A stretch of 64,000 nt of DNA from Nemertoderma westbladi. Taxonomy: Eukaryota > Animalia > Xenacoelomorpha. The stretch is taken from the NCBI GenBank assembly GCA_032718475.1, contig JAUCBJ010004814.1:9498-73497 (forward strand). The letters run 5' to 3'. How positions within the stretch are numbered: the first letter of the stretch is position 1; each line of letters opens with the position of its first letter. The notes under the pieces are model-generated. The model was not told where the DNA came from and did no database searches. It saw only the letters and a program-made list of their open reading frames with translations. The position numbers and the translations under genes were made by a program. Below are positions 50,934-64,000 of the stretch, piece after piece.

Positions 50934-51439
50934 GTGGGCGTTCATAAAGTATGTCACGCACTAGGGGAGGGGGGGGGGGGGTGGGTAGAGCTTTCGTGAC
51001 ATTTTGTGACAGGTGGTAGGGGGGTGTCGACCTTTGTGACGGTCACGGCGATGTTCTACGGTATGCTTTAATGTTAGAGTGTCTTTGACTAACACATTTG
51101 TAGATGAGTGGGAAACTTAAACAATAAATTCAATAACATTGAATTTAATCCCTAACATTAACAGGACACCCCTGTCTAGTCTGCCTTTTACATGTACAGT
51201 ATTGTAGTTTGAAGCTGCTAAAGTATGTATAGGCTTTTAGTAAGAACTACTTCAGTCAAAATGTTTCACTTTCTATTGTGCTTTCTAACTGTTATTAAAT
51301 TACTGAAATAAAATATTTTTCGTCTGGGGGGGGGGGGGGGGGTTATAAATTTACGAAAATAGGTTTTTGTGACAGAAGGGGGGGGGGGGGGGGGGTCAAA
51401 AAATGGAAAATTTGCGTGACATACTTTATGAACGCCACC
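50934..51439. mobile_element. PIF/Harbinger-type MITE
   Basis: TIR core GGCGTTCATAAAGTATGTCACGC at both ends; TAA TSD. Confidence 0.85.
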
Positions 51440-51469
51440 TAATTTCACCATATTTTTATTCACCAGAGG

Positions 51470-51635
51470 ATACTCCAGTACCCATTAAAGGACGCCCTTG
51501 AGAAATGCGTCCTAGCTCGTCCCTTTAAAGCGTTCGTCCTGAAACGAAAACTCTCCCGACCCCTTTGCGGGGATCGAACCCATGACCTCTGGAGAGATGT
51601 TAATTATAGGCACTGGATTAACACTACACAAACTA
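51470..51635 (-). mobile_element. possible degraded tRNA-derived SINE
   Basis: Minus strand GAGGTCATGGGTTCGATCCCC (T-arm/B-box); A-box poorly preserved. Confidence 0.35.
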
Positions 51636-52321
51636 AAAGGGCGGGAACAACATAAAAAATGTTAGATTTTTGCTTGATCAAATGTGGCGTCGAATGCTGG
51701 ACATTGACATTGACATATAGATTATCTATCATTACTAATATCAATATTAATCATAACAACACATTTTGATGCTAACAAATACAATAGTATTTGTAATTTC
51801 TCTGAATGCTATTTTTAATGCAACCACGGCGACAATAAACCGAGAGGATCATAGATTCGAGCTGAGTTTCAACAGAGTAAGTGCAATACAAACGACTGCA
51901 AGTATTTAAATTTATGCAAAAAAACCGTAAGTCAACAAAAGACTTGCGGTTTTTTGTCATCAGAATTTAATGAGGATTTCACATCTGGAAATGGTTTGGC
52001 GAGATCTGTTGTATGCATTTTCAATAATTACCAGAAGTAGCTCCGATGAGAGAAAGCTTGTAATTAAACTATTGTTATTAATTCCATTAGTCACCTGAGG
52101 TCAACCCACCCTAACCTAACTGTTTAATATGAGAATGCCTTCTTAGGTTGTTTCGAGTTATCAGTGTCTACCGGTCTGACCGTCAAGATGTAAATTTAGA
52201 CAGAGCCAGATAAGATAATAGCAATTGTCTGGAATATGTGATTATTTGACGTTAATTAACGTTAAGGTAATTATGCGTTAATTATTATAATTATGTTTTT
52301 ATCACTGTCAGTTGTTTGTAA

Positions 52322-52602
52322 TTTTTTAACGTTAAATACAATATATTTTGACGATCCAAACTGATTGTCAGTAATATGTCATTTTTTAACGTTAAACATA
52401 CAATATATTTTGACGATCCAAACTGATTGTCAGTAATATGTCATTTTTTAACGTTAAACATACAATATATTTTGACGATCCAAACTGATTGTCAGTAATG
52501 TCATTTTTTAACGTTAAACATTCAATATATTTTGACGATCCAAACTGATTGTCAGTAATATGTCATTTTTTAACGTTAAACATACAATATATTTTGACGA
52601 TC
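52322..52602. repeat. about 61-bp tandem repeat, 4-5 copies, subterminal in the EnSpm-like element
   Basis: ttttaacgttaaacatacaatatattttgacgatccaaactgattgtcagtaatatgtca repeated. Confidence 0.93.
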
Positions 52603-53339
52603 AAAATACCTACCGTTTAAAATTAACGTTAATTTACGTTAATTTTTAACGTTAAAAGGGCGGCCAAACTAACGTTATTTATATGTATTATTAACGTTAA
52701 TAATTAACGTTGGCATTGTCAGAAAATAACGTATAATAATGCATTATTAACGTTAAATTGTTTGCAGGGTAGCACCAAAATTTACCAAATTACGTCGAAA
52801 AATACAAGTAGCAATGATCTGGCATATTTGAAATGTATTCCATTAGAATCAGCGCCCTAGAAAACCTAAAATGAGAATTTATAGCATCGTATATGTGAAT
52901 TAAAAATTTTGTGTTTTAACTGAAAAGTGCTGGTTACTTGTTTTTTTCATTTTTTTCCTACGCATAGAGGACTAAACAGCTATTTATGGTAATCATATCA
53001 TTTTTAAATATTTTCCAATGCATTTTGCCCCCCAGAAAACCTGTATTGAAAAACAATTAGCCGAAAAATGAAACTTTCAAATTTTATGAAAATTGTGCAC
53101 TACTTGTAATTATACCACCCCAGTACATTTTTTCGAAAATTTTTTTTTCGGTCGGATCCAGACTAGTGATACCTACGTACAAACAAAAAATCAGACGTTT
53201 TCGTTAATAGTTGTAGATTTTAGAGGGATGGGTCAATATGACCCCCCCCCCCCCCCCGGTATTTGTATAACATTTTATAGCCCGGTACTAATAGGGTTAA
53301 CATAACTAACTATAGGCCTACTAGACACTATTAACCGCA

Positions 53340-54126
53340 CATGATTAACCGCAATTATTCCTCCGCACAGCACCATGCTTCATGAAACCGGATATCCTCG
53401 CTAAGTTCGACCAAACCATCAGAGATGCTCTCCGTGAGGTTGCAAACTCTGTAATCGACGACCATGAATGGTTACAAGCTGGTCACCCCGCCCGCATCGC
53501 ATAGGTGGTCTCTGCCTCACTAGTGCTATACAGCTCGCACCTTCCGCCTTCCTTTCTTCTGCGGCTGCTAGTGCTGGTCCCAGTGGAAATCGATGGTCCC
53601 AGATGGTGAACCCACTCCATCCCCCGATTCTACCCATCAGAGCGCATGGATGAGGCCCATCTTCGAGGAATCTTGGAACAGACTCCACTCTTCATCCTCC
53701 CCAGTCGACGTCGCCCGTCTAAACTCCTTGAACTCGAGTGTAGCAGGTTGTTGGTTAGATGCAGTCCCAGCCTCTTCCCTTTGGTTGAAACTCAACAACA
53801 CACAAGTCTGGCTCTCCATCGCCACCCACCTGGGATGCATGGTTACAGAACCCCATAACTGTGTAATATGTGGTAGCCAGGTCGGGTCAGACGGTCTGCA
53901 TGGTTTATCCTGCAAGCGTGGCGCAGGCTGAGACATACCATGGTCAACGACATAATTAAAAGATTTCTGGCCAGCAGTTTAGTCCCCTCCCTCTTGGAAC
54001 CACCCGGGCTCTTTAGAGATGGGAGCAGTAAATGGGTGGATGGATGGTGTCACCCTGGTCCCATGGAGTCATGGTCGCCTGCTTGCCTGGGATACCACCA
54101 TATGGGACCCGCTTGCACCCAGTCAC
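53340..54126 (+). mobile_element. CRE-like non-LTR retrotransposon fragment
   Basis: P.RIGGL, A.SAFLSS, AG.WLDAVP...L.LKL, C.ICG...GLHGLSC, LEPPGL.RD, DPLAPSH; homologous to 13295-13920. Confidence 0.78.
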
Positions 54127-54652
54127 TGCAGAAATTACAGAAATACTATTTACAGTTAAAAATGCCGCTAAAAATATAGAAACTTTTAATTTTACTGTTG
54201 TAAAAGTCAGGGGCTTCTGCAAGCAGAGGGTGAAATTGCAAGAAGAGAAGGTAAGGAAAATGAGAAAACAGGCACTTTTATAGCCAGACATTAATAAAAT
54301 ATGCAAATCGGGATCGGAATGCTCTGAATGATGATTGGTCATAGCTCGTCCCTGATTGGTCGGAGCTACTGGTTTGCCAAACAGTTACGTTTCGATCCTG
54401 TTGCACCTATGGGCTGGCGGGGTCAGCAGGTCGATGACATGGGTCATGTGACTTACAAACGTATCAGCATTTGACAACCCAAACGTGGTCCCACTGGAAA
54501 ACCTACACGGTTCGATCTAAAAAGCACAAATAGAAACGTATCGGCGTTGGGCAAACCAAACGTGACACCACAGGTCAGCCTATATACGGTCCTAATTACA
54601 AAACAAATGTGCGTGTGAAAGCAAACGTGATCCCACTGAACAAACATAACCA

Positions 54653-56400
54653 TTTAGGTTATAGTAAACCGTTATTTTTGAGATTATTTCACTTTTAATC
54701 TCTTTAGGTTCAGTCTTAATGTAATGAGCCTTTAATGATACTCTTGTTGGATATGCGGTTCTTATGTAAACCTAAAAACAATACAACGTGGGAGGATCCT
54801 TCATGAGGATTCTCCCACACCGGGCGTAGGCTTTCCAACATTAGTATATAGAAAGTGGAGCTATTTGGAAACTTCTAGCACTAAATGATTAAATTCGGAG
54901 TGAAGGCGACTGAAATCTTCAAATGTTCTCCCGAGACTTTGTGCGAGGATAAATTTGCAAGTTTCATTAAAAAATTTAGTTTTGCCAAATTTGGCCATTT
55001 TGGCCACATTTTAATTTTACCCAAAAATTATCAAAATAGTAAATTTTTACATTGTTTTCTCGCTATCACCAAAGCAGCTTGGCCATTTCTATTGAAACTC
55101 ATACCGAATACATATCCAATACAGTTGTTCATCGGGTCAAAATATTGGCCAAAAATATTTAACAGTATGCCAATAATTTAACTTTTGGCCAATTTTGGGC
55201 CAAATTTGGTTATTTTTGACAATTTTTAAATCGTTATAACTCTGTATCTTTTAATTAGAACGAAACCGTTCCACTTGCGTTATATAGAGGGAAGATGGGA
55301 GTTCCATTACTGTTATTGATATTGTGCGTTGCCTGAATATTAAGGGCCGGAAATTGGGGCCGAAAAATGGTAATTTTGGAAGTTGACAAAATAGGTTTTG
55401 GTAGAAAGTGGTTTTCTCCGAATTGTCTGTTTATATTTTTCTGAAACTTTAACATCACAGATGGATAAGATAGCTCTACATTTTATCCATTTAATGTTAA
55501 TACAAAAAGTCTTTGCTTCTTGTAGTAAATAAGGGCCAAACTTAGGAAATCTGTATTTTCTTGAAATTTAGCCTAAAATTAGGCACTCAAAATGCGATAT
55601 ATCGGCTTAAATTGCATTTTTCCGTAAATCCTTCAAATTAGTTTCTTAGAATTGCTTTGGGCACATCCGTACCAAATTTCATGAAAATCTGAGCAAGTTA
55701 AGTATTTTTGGAAGTTTGGCAAATTTTGGCGAAATTTTTTTTCATTTTTTTTTATTTTAGCCTCAGATTACCTCAAAATATACTATATAGGTACATTTTG
55801 GTGTGCTGAATCCGAATATGAATGCCATTTTCGATTTCAACGTTGTGTGTAGGTATGACAGACAAATAAAAAAAGTCCGTTAAATGACCGTCTTTTTGTA
55901 AGTCTGAGCTTTTGTTTAAGAACTTCCTAGGAATTATATTTTCTAAAACTGTGCTCAATTAAAGAACGTTTTAGGATAAGAAAAATAACACTGGCAACAA
56001 TTTATATGAGTTGGCCCAACCCACCCAATTTTACTCCAAACCGTCAAATTTTCACTGATTTTTAACGAAATTAACCAATTTTCACCATAAAATTACATAT
56101 TTATCAAAAATAAAACAACTTCCTAGGAATTATATTTTTTTTAACTTTGGTCATTTATAGAACATGATAGTAGAACAAAATTGACATATTCCAAAATTTT
56201 CAACAGTTGCACGAACCTGGTCAATTTTGTGGTCAAATCTGGCCTACGTAGCCACAATTTGGCAATTCCCGGCTCTTAAACTCTTATAGTTTAAAAATCA
56301 TACCGATTATAAATATATTGAGTATAGCAATTGCAAACGCATTAATTTCCGTACGTAACAATGACAATTTCATCGAATACGGTCGTGTTGCACCAGAGTT
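54653..56400. mobile_element. AT-rich non-coding DNA-transposon-like relic(s), family unassigned
   Basis: Composition and AAATTT-rich motifs like other MITE bodies here; no termini identified. Confidence 0.3.
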
Positions 56401-56590
56401 ACAGCGATTTTTATAATTGCACATCATATTAAAAATTTCATTATTGTTGTATTATTTGACCATTTTGAAATTCCCTCCATCAATCCATTTGAATATCATA
56501 ACATGATGGCCTACATCAAACACATAGCCAAAGCCAACCAATTGTACAGCTCTAGCCAATAACATATAATTTGTATCCTAGCGATGGCAA

Positions 56591-59394
56591 GAGAGGGCTG
56601 TTGCGCTGTCAGTCAGAGAGGTAACAGCCCTTGTGGTAAGGATTTACCTCTGGGACCTGTATTAGGCAAAATAGCAGTAGCTGTGTAGGCCCACCAGTAC
56701 TGTGCACGGTACAAGACCTAAAATTTAGCCTACATCTGTAAATAATACACGGTTTCGCGGTACAAGACCATATAAATTAGACCACCATCTGTAAAATGCT
56801 CGCGTGAGTTCAGGAGTTGCACAGATGTCAGGATGTGCTGATTATATATCATACACTAGGCCTAACGGATTCTGGTAGCCTGGAACTAGACCACCTGACC
56901 ACTACGAAAACTGATGCGACAGAGCGAGGTGCCGTTAGCCTAACATTTCTCGGAGCCTGGTCCGATAACACTCAACGCATTGTATGGTTGGACATTGACA
57001 TTACCGGTATTGCATTACAGTGTACATTACTGCATTATTACATACGGATTAGTATGGATTGAGAAATTGGATATATTTGACGTCAATGGAGGTTTGGTTT
57101 GAGAAATTAATACAGTAATATCACGTAGGCCTACCTAATCATATCTTTGCGTTAATTATTACTAGATCCACTGTCCCCCAGCCCCAGCCACCTTCAACAA
57201 ACCATCATTGCCGAGGGGCACTCAGCTAAGGGGGCGGAGCGCATTAAAAACTCTAAGTATCGCGACCAAATGGACCGGGGCCATTTATTTCAACCCGTGG
57301 CAGCGTGGCCTTTGGCCGCCCTGGTCCAGAGACACCCACCTTCCTCCGGGAGATCAGGGCTCGTCTCCACAGTGCCACCCACGAACCGCGGTCACACCAG
57401 TTTCTGCTCCAACGCCTGGAGATGGCAATTTTGGTTGGTAATGCAGCCTCACTCATGGGGACAGCAACCACGCCGACCATCGGTCTATTCGGGGACTGAA
57501 GAGCCGAAACCAATCGAAACTGTCGAGACGGCCGAAGATATTCAATATTCAATACTCTATCTTATGCATTATGCAATCTCAAATATTCAATGTTCGATCC
57601 CTAGATGGGGCAGTACTGTTTGGGCACAGTGCTTTAAATGCTGCAGCCTAGCCCAACCCCGGCTGTCATCCTTCAGTGGTCGATTGGGAACCAAGGCAAC
57701 TTGGGAAACAGAGTGGAAGGGTTTACTGTGGAAGATCACCCATGGTGGTGAACAGGCATTCCTTGGCTTAACAAGCCTAAAAGATTCTCCCATTCAAATA
57801 TTCAATTCGGTACTGTACCTTCAATTAAATATTCAATCTTAGTATTATTTCTGTGCTTCGTTATTTAATAATGTGATTAGATAAAAAAAATAAATTAATG
57901 AAATATAATTCATCTGTTAATTACTACAAAAAAAAATCAAACATTATATTAACATTTATATAGTTTTGAATTAAATGTTTCGAAATCAACAGTCATTCAA
58001 TGAACTTATACAGCAGTGTCATATATCGTGTATCCCTTGGCTGCTTGGTTTAATCACTATTCTTTATTCAAGTATAACTGAATCCTGGCCCGGCGCCTTC
58101 ACCCTCCACTGATAATTTAAAATCGTAACTTATTCAATCTTTGACTAAATTATACCAAACTTGGTAAACATGTAATCTTGTCTATCGGCTAAAATAAACA
58201 CAACTTGCTAAAGTTTCCCCTATAATGTTTTTTCCTATAGAACAAGATGCAGTTTTATTTTAGTAGTAAACAAGCTGTTATTTGCGTCGATTTTCACCTG
58301 GAGAGGGAAGAATATTGATTGCCCCCCCCCCCCCCCCCCCCTGCAGTTAAGTAAGTGAAAATATGGCACCATTTAATTTTATTATCACGGTCGCACATCA
58401 AGTAGTCTGTCAAAAGATACAATTCATTATAAACATAACAAAATTAATTATAATAATTCTAAAAATATAAGGCAGATCTTCCTAAAGTTAGCTCTTTAGT
58501 CTTTAGCAATCTTATCCATAAGATTAAAATATATTATTAGGAATTCGAAGAAAGCAAATTGTATTGAGTTAGTATTGGCAAGTTAATCTCACAAACCAGT
58601 CTAGTCTAACTTTAGAGTAGCCTTGTTCGCATTGTTCCAGGTTTAGGCCTATAGATTCCACCGTCTTCGTTCCAGGTTTAATTCTGTAATAGACTCCGTT
58701 ATCCGTCTCGATTGCTTCGCTATGCACCATCTTACTGGGTTTAATAAACTCCATCGCCTTCCTGTCGTTCTCTGTTTTGTAGATTACTTCGCCATCGTCT
58801 GATCGCTTTGGTTGCGTGTTTAATACTGTAATAGACTCCGTTATCCGTCTCGATCGCTTCGCTATGCACATCTTACTGGGTTTAATAAACTCCATCGCCT
58901 TCCTGTCGTTCTGTTTTGTAGATTACTTCACTATCATCTGATCGCTTTGGTTGCGTGTTTAATACTGTAATAGACTCCACCGCCATCGTATCGTTCTGGA
59001 TACATTGAATAGACTCCAGTCCATTGTCCATTGCGATCGTTTCATTGTTACGTTTAATTGACTCCGTCGCCTCCTCGGATTAGGAATCCGACCGGGTTTC
59101 GTAGATTCCGCCATCGTTCAGCAGTTCAGTGTTTTTAATCAAAGCCAGAATTCCGGCACCGGCACCACAATCAACGATTTCGGAAGTAACAGACTCCGTC
59201 AACAACACTCGGGGTTTAAAAAATACAACTATCGGGCAACTTGTAACGGGGCGATCATCAGATCATCTATCTGATAGTTGAAAAAGACTGTCTGACAGTT
59301 GGTATCAGACTATCTGATAGTTAGCGCCCCATGGGTAAATCCTTACCCCATGGGCTGTTACCTCTCTGACTGACAGCACAAAAGGCCCCTATAG
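56591..59394. mobile_element. putative non-autonomous MULE-like element
   Basis: Inverted repeat core 56605-56648 / 59334-59377; outer direct repeat GCGATGGCAA at 56581-56590 and 59395-59404. Confidence 0.55.
57165..57560 (+). mobile_element. 3' end of a CRE-like element
   Basis: DPL.PSHL...AERIKNSKY...FQPVA...FL.QRLEMAILVGNAASLMGT. Confidence 0.75.
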
Positions 59395-60722
59395 GCGATG
59401 GCAACACTTTTTGTAGTGTGAGTCAGGGACAAGGTGCCTTGGGCAAGAATAATGAACTCACAGTTGGCTGTGTAGCAGTTACTGATAGTGTTGGGGATTT
59501 TATATACCGGTCTGCCCCTCCACTGGAACGCCTGCTGCAGTACTGCAGTAGCGTACCACCGCCCTTACTTTCACAGGCCTTTCTACAGTAGGCCTACCTA
59601 CCTACTATACATTTCACTTGTATTCTAGGCTTGTCTGCATGTTATCAGGTTTGGCAGTTTGGTACGGCTGTATGCAGGCAGCAGGTATGGTCTGACGGTT
59701 GTTGTATAATTAAATTTAGGCTTATTTCAGTATTTCATTTATTATTTGTTAATTTTTAGTGAGCCTAATACTGTGATTGTACTAGGCCTAGCATTTTTGT
59801 TTTCTCATGTTCTTTCAGTAACCAATCCACATTCACCCATTTGGCTAATAACCTCAGGATTTTAGTAAACTCATGAGACAATCTGCCTGCATTATACAGT
59901 TATAGGCCTACTGCAGTTCTAAACTTCAAGTTCGGAAGTTGTAATCCTGTAATCCTTATATCCGAGGATCCCTATGAGGTTAGGATCACTTCCCAGTAAA
60001 AAATCCCCATGCGTAACGCATTCGTGCCACATGCAGCATTCGTAAAAGGTGCGTGCAATGTTATTTAAGATTCGTGAAGCCTTCGTCAATGGTTCGTCAG
60101 TCCGAATAATTTAACGAATGCGTATAGTATTCGTATCGCATGTGAGATTTCACTTGTAAATATATTCGTGGCTCATCATTCGTGGCACATGCGATACGAA
60201 TGCTGCCACTCCACTCAAAAATAATTCGCGGTTCATTCGTTCGTGGCACATGCGATACGAATGCTTAGCCACGCCACACTTAAAATTATTCGTGGTCCAT
60301 TCGTGACGCATGCGATAGGCATGCAAAGCACTCTCAATTACAGTAGAGTACCGTACAGACTGTAATACTGGCCAATCACCATTCGGCAAATAACCGAACA
60401 TAGTGTTATTAGTTAGTAGCTCTCCCCCCTTTGTTACCAGTCAGCCAGTCCTATGTACTTTTACTATATATTTATTTAATGGGTTGCGCAGTAATTCTTA
60501 ACTCCCGTTTATTATTTTGGTTCCCCATTATTTTGGTATGTAAACCTGTGTAAACTTTACCAACATGCTTGATATACTGTAATAATGTAAAGATTATGTA
60601 CAGTCATTCTGCCTAATTTGAGACATGGACCCAAACGTGAGACAAATTCAATATCAACTTCAAGGGGCTCCTATAGCCAAATAATTACAGATCTTATGTC
60701 TCAAATAAAGGCTGTAAGAACC

Positions 60723-61056
60723 TAACAAGATTCTCCGTAATTAGCAAGTCGTAGGACTTGATTACTGTAAGAATTGTTGGCTGATTGACTGACTGGCTGG
60801 CTGGCTGACTGATCTACAGCCAAAACTACTCTAACGATTTTGATGAAATTTTCACAGCAGCTAGATACCGCGATTCTAAGGTCCCTGGCATGATCGGCTA
60901 CTCCGTCCATAGCCTCTGGGCTCGAAAAATAGAGATAAACGAAAAAACGCCATAGGCGCAATGGTAAAATAACACCCATGACAGCTTGTTGATGGAATTT
61001 ACATTTGATTGATGACTTCCGACTTGCTTAACGGCGTCTTGACGCCGTCTCTAGTA
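60723..61056 (+). mobile_element. Helitron/Helentron-type non-autonomous element
   Basis: Starts AACAAG; AGCAAGTCG / CGACTTGCT inverted pair; (CTGA/CTGG)n; 3' hairpin ACGGCGTC-TT-GACGCCGT then CTAG. Confidence 0.7.
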
Positions 61057-61321
61057 TTTATGAGGTTATTTCATGTTAGTTATTAAAAAAAATTACAATT
61101 GAATTTCTTGTCTCACATTAGGGAATCGATGCCAAATTTGAGACATGCAACATTTCTTCAAAAATCAGCAACTGGTAGGCGAAATCAACTTTCGAGACCC
61201 GGAAAAATGGATTCTACGCCCCGGGAAACCCCTTATTACATAATTTCTGAGGAAGTCCAGTGTTTACATTTTTACACAGAACCCAACGAAGTTCAAAACC
61301 TGTCTCTTATATGGACCAATG

Positions 61322-61538
61322 ACTGTACTGTAGGCGAGGTGAGATAAATAATGACAACACAAAACTACTGTATTAACTTAAGGAACTACAGTATGTAGGC
61401 ATACTTATAGAGACACTAGGCACTAGGCACCCCCACCCGTAGTTTTAGCCCCTGTCTGTACAGTAGTACTCATTTCCCAAAGTTATTACAGTAGTTTTAT
61501 GTTGTCATTGTTTATCTCACCTGGCCTACAGTACAGTA
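61322..61538. mobile_element. small foldback element (about 50-bp inverted repeats)
   Basis: actgtactgtaggcgaggtgagataaataatgacaac...actactgta mirrored at 61487-61538. Confidence 0.65.
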
Positions 61539-61844
61539 CCAATACATATTATAAAGCATGTGGTATTTTTATTAAATTGTACGTGTGTATGGTGATATTC
61601 TCACACAGTTTCTTAGGCCTCCAGGTCGAATTTGTTTAATTCGCTATAAAACGCCATTAAAAAGTCTACTGATATACTGTAGCAGTTAATTACCGGTAAC
61701 TGCTACAGTAGGCCCTACACTTATTAATGGTAAAAAAATCTTACAGACAAAATACATCAAAGGCATACATTTTATGAGATGCATCAACATAATTTCAATG
61801 TTTTTTTTACTATATTCTAGAATATTAATTCGCTTTTTTTCGAT

Positions 61845-62050
61845 AATAAGTAATAAAATATATATATAATAATAATAATAAAAATATATATAATAATAAA
61901 ATAATATAATACAATAATAAAATAATATAATAATAAAATAATATAATAATAAAATAATATAATAATAAAATAATATAATATAATAATAAAATAAAATAAT
62001 ATAATAATAAAATAATATAATAATAAAATATCATAAAAAATAATAAACCA
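61845..62050. repeat. AT-only low-complexity repeat
   Basis: (AATAATATAATAATAA)n-like run. Confidence 0.9.
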
Positions 62051-64000
62051 TCAATAATAATTAATAAGATTAATTAAAAGCTTGAAATTAATATTCTAGA
62101 TAATAAAATCATCAGAACTATAACGATTTATGTCTGAAATTGCGTGCTCTTGAATTATATCTGAACATTTTTTTGGGGAAATTGACGGAATATCAAGTAT
62201 ATTCAAAAAAATAAAATAAAATGGACACGTTTTAACAGTTGTAAACTGTTAAAACTATGTAAACTGTGCAGTTTACATAGTTTTAACAGTTTACGCAGCG
62301 AAATAATAAAAAAAATAAAAATCCTGCGGTAAACATTCGTATAACACTCGTAAAACATTCGTAACGCATTCGTATAGCGTGGGAAACATTCGTATATAAC
62401 ATGCGGGACGCATTCGTATAGTGTGCGGGAAACATTCGTATAAGATTAGGGGCGCATTCGTAGAATGTGCGGGATTCGAATAAGGTTCGTATTACATTCG
62501 ATATGCGAATAAAGGATGCGTATTTGGTACGGTTTTCGCATTCGTATCGCATGGTTCATCTATGTAACATTTCAGAATGCGTTACGAATGCGTGAAATAT
62601 GCGCCATTCCATGCGTTACGAATGCGGATTTTTTACTGGGTTACAGCTTATCCTAACGAATCGTCTCCTTCTGCATATAGATGACTGCTGATTCTTCAAC
62701 TTTGATGACACAAACTGGCGGACTGGGTGCCAGCACGTTTGCGATAACATTCTCGCATATCTCTGGACGGCCAATGTCGAGAGAGGGTCGTACCGGAACT
62801 CTATCATCTCGACTTCCGGCCCTTCGCCTCGTTTCTCCGACGCAATGCTGAAAGATGCAAAAGTGCACCTACTGGGCAGGCTCGAATCCGGTGGGAAAAA
62901 TACCGGTAGTTCCAATCGCATTGTACGTATACGTAAGCAGGACTTCGCTAAAAGCAAACATGCATGTGAAACTAAAGAGACTTCGTGGTATCGGTACGAT
63001 TACAGCGCATGGTTTATGGAAATTGCAACGTTTAGCCTACCGGATGAAATCTTAGGCTCTAGAATCAGCGGCATGAAATACTGAAATACAAAGTGCAAAC
63101 TTTCGTGGGTCAACTGCGGTAGAGCAATTCAGTGCAACAGCAAGCGATGAGTTATTATGGGTTGCATTCTGGAGCGAGTTGGGATCCCCAGTTTAAATTC
63201 GCGAGTGGTTCGGTGTCTATCAGTCGACCAGACACGCTTTGGTTCGTTGAGTTTTTAACTTTCATGTCTTCGTTTCATCCAAACCGCATCCGGGTAGGGA
63301 TACCACACCACCGCGTTATTTAATGCTTTTTAATTTTGTTATTGTCTATCGATTGACTTATAGATAACCTGTGCCGATATTCAGTTACTGTGTTGACATT
63401 TGTGACGTCGTATTGGTTTAAATGTATGCCCATGTATTCATCTAGTTTGTGGTCCTACGGTATACTGCCATGTGCAGAAATTATTTTATTAATTGACCAA
63501 GTTAAATTCACAATTTAGTATTGAATCTTTAATATATTATACTAAATAATAATAATATGAATTATTATTATGTAAATATATTAATAGTATAAACAGCTAT
63601 AGCTATATACCATATATATATTGTTATATTTCATAATTAAAATTTATTTAATTTATTATTTTGCATTTTGTACAAATACTGATATATCTTTTAGCTGTAT
63701 TTACAAAAGCAAAGAATATAAAAGGTGCTTTTGTGATAATTATGCAAATAAATTTTTCATTTTAATGCAAATACTTACAGTAATATTAACCAAGTATTTT
63801 GTTAAACAGTAAAATTTAGTTTTCATTCTTTGATATATTTTTTTGTTGGTTTTAAATAAAATTTGAAATATTTTTGGTACTAAACAAGATCCCCAATGTC
63901 CCGTCAACACCTTGGGTTGACGAGAGGGACATTGGGGCTAATCTCTAATAAGGAATTCTACCCCCCCCCCCCCCCCCCTTACTTTCGTCCTAACAATTAG

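Larger units (their letters stand above)
48518..52769. mobile_element. non-autonomous EnSpm/CACTA (CMC)-like element
   Basis: TIR CCCTGCAAAC; TA TSD (empty site ggtgcTAgcacc seen at about 17596 in copy 1); many subterminal AACGTT repeats. Confidence 0.85.
47500..53296. mobile_element. non-autonomous piggyBac-type element, copy 2, interrupted by an EnSpm-like element
   Basis: Same TIRs and body as 16102-18146; TTTA / TTAA flanks. Confidence 0.88.
59992..62640. mobile_element. non-autonomous EnSpm/CACTA (CMC)-like element
   Basis: TIR CCCAGTAAAAAATCC; TT 2-bp TSD; ATTCGT subterminal repeats at both ends. Confidence 0.85.

Noticed and set aside
61825-62034. Tyr/Ile/Leu-rich ORF
   Set aside because: Translation artefact of an AT-only repeat.
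62641-63330. Several overlapping short ORFs in balanced-GC sequence
   Set aside because: No recognisable motif or splice structure; cannot call a gene.

Overview
Eukaryotic, most likely invertebrate, genomic DNA made almost entirely of nested transposable elements; I recognise no host gene. It holds three large BEL/Pao LTR retrotransposons plus fragments. Element A is on the minus strand (1-8440, runs off the window start). Element C is on the plus strand (19058-35522), has near-identical LTRs and a GGCAT target-site duplication (TSD), and has lost most of RT/RNase H/integrase. Element B is on the minus strand (36505-43699), lacks pol and is probably chimeric. Also present: RTE LINEs with (TAG)n tails, an APE-type LINE, CRE-like fragments, non-autonomous piggyBac, EnSpm/CACTA, Harbinger, MULE-like and Helentron/HINE-like elements, and a 31-bp satellite. 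Main observation: none of the three BEL/Pao 5' LTRs is followed by a TGG tRNA primer-binding site. In each, the 9-11 nt abutting the LTR are the exact reverse complement of a site inside its own LTR, and the paired sequences differ between elements. This suggests tRNA-independent self-priming, which I know only from Tf1/sushi-type Ty3/Gypsy elements. These elements also carry extra ORFs, including a 3' triple CCHC-knuckle protein family seen at two loci. All alignments were done by eye, so coordinates may be off by a few bases.
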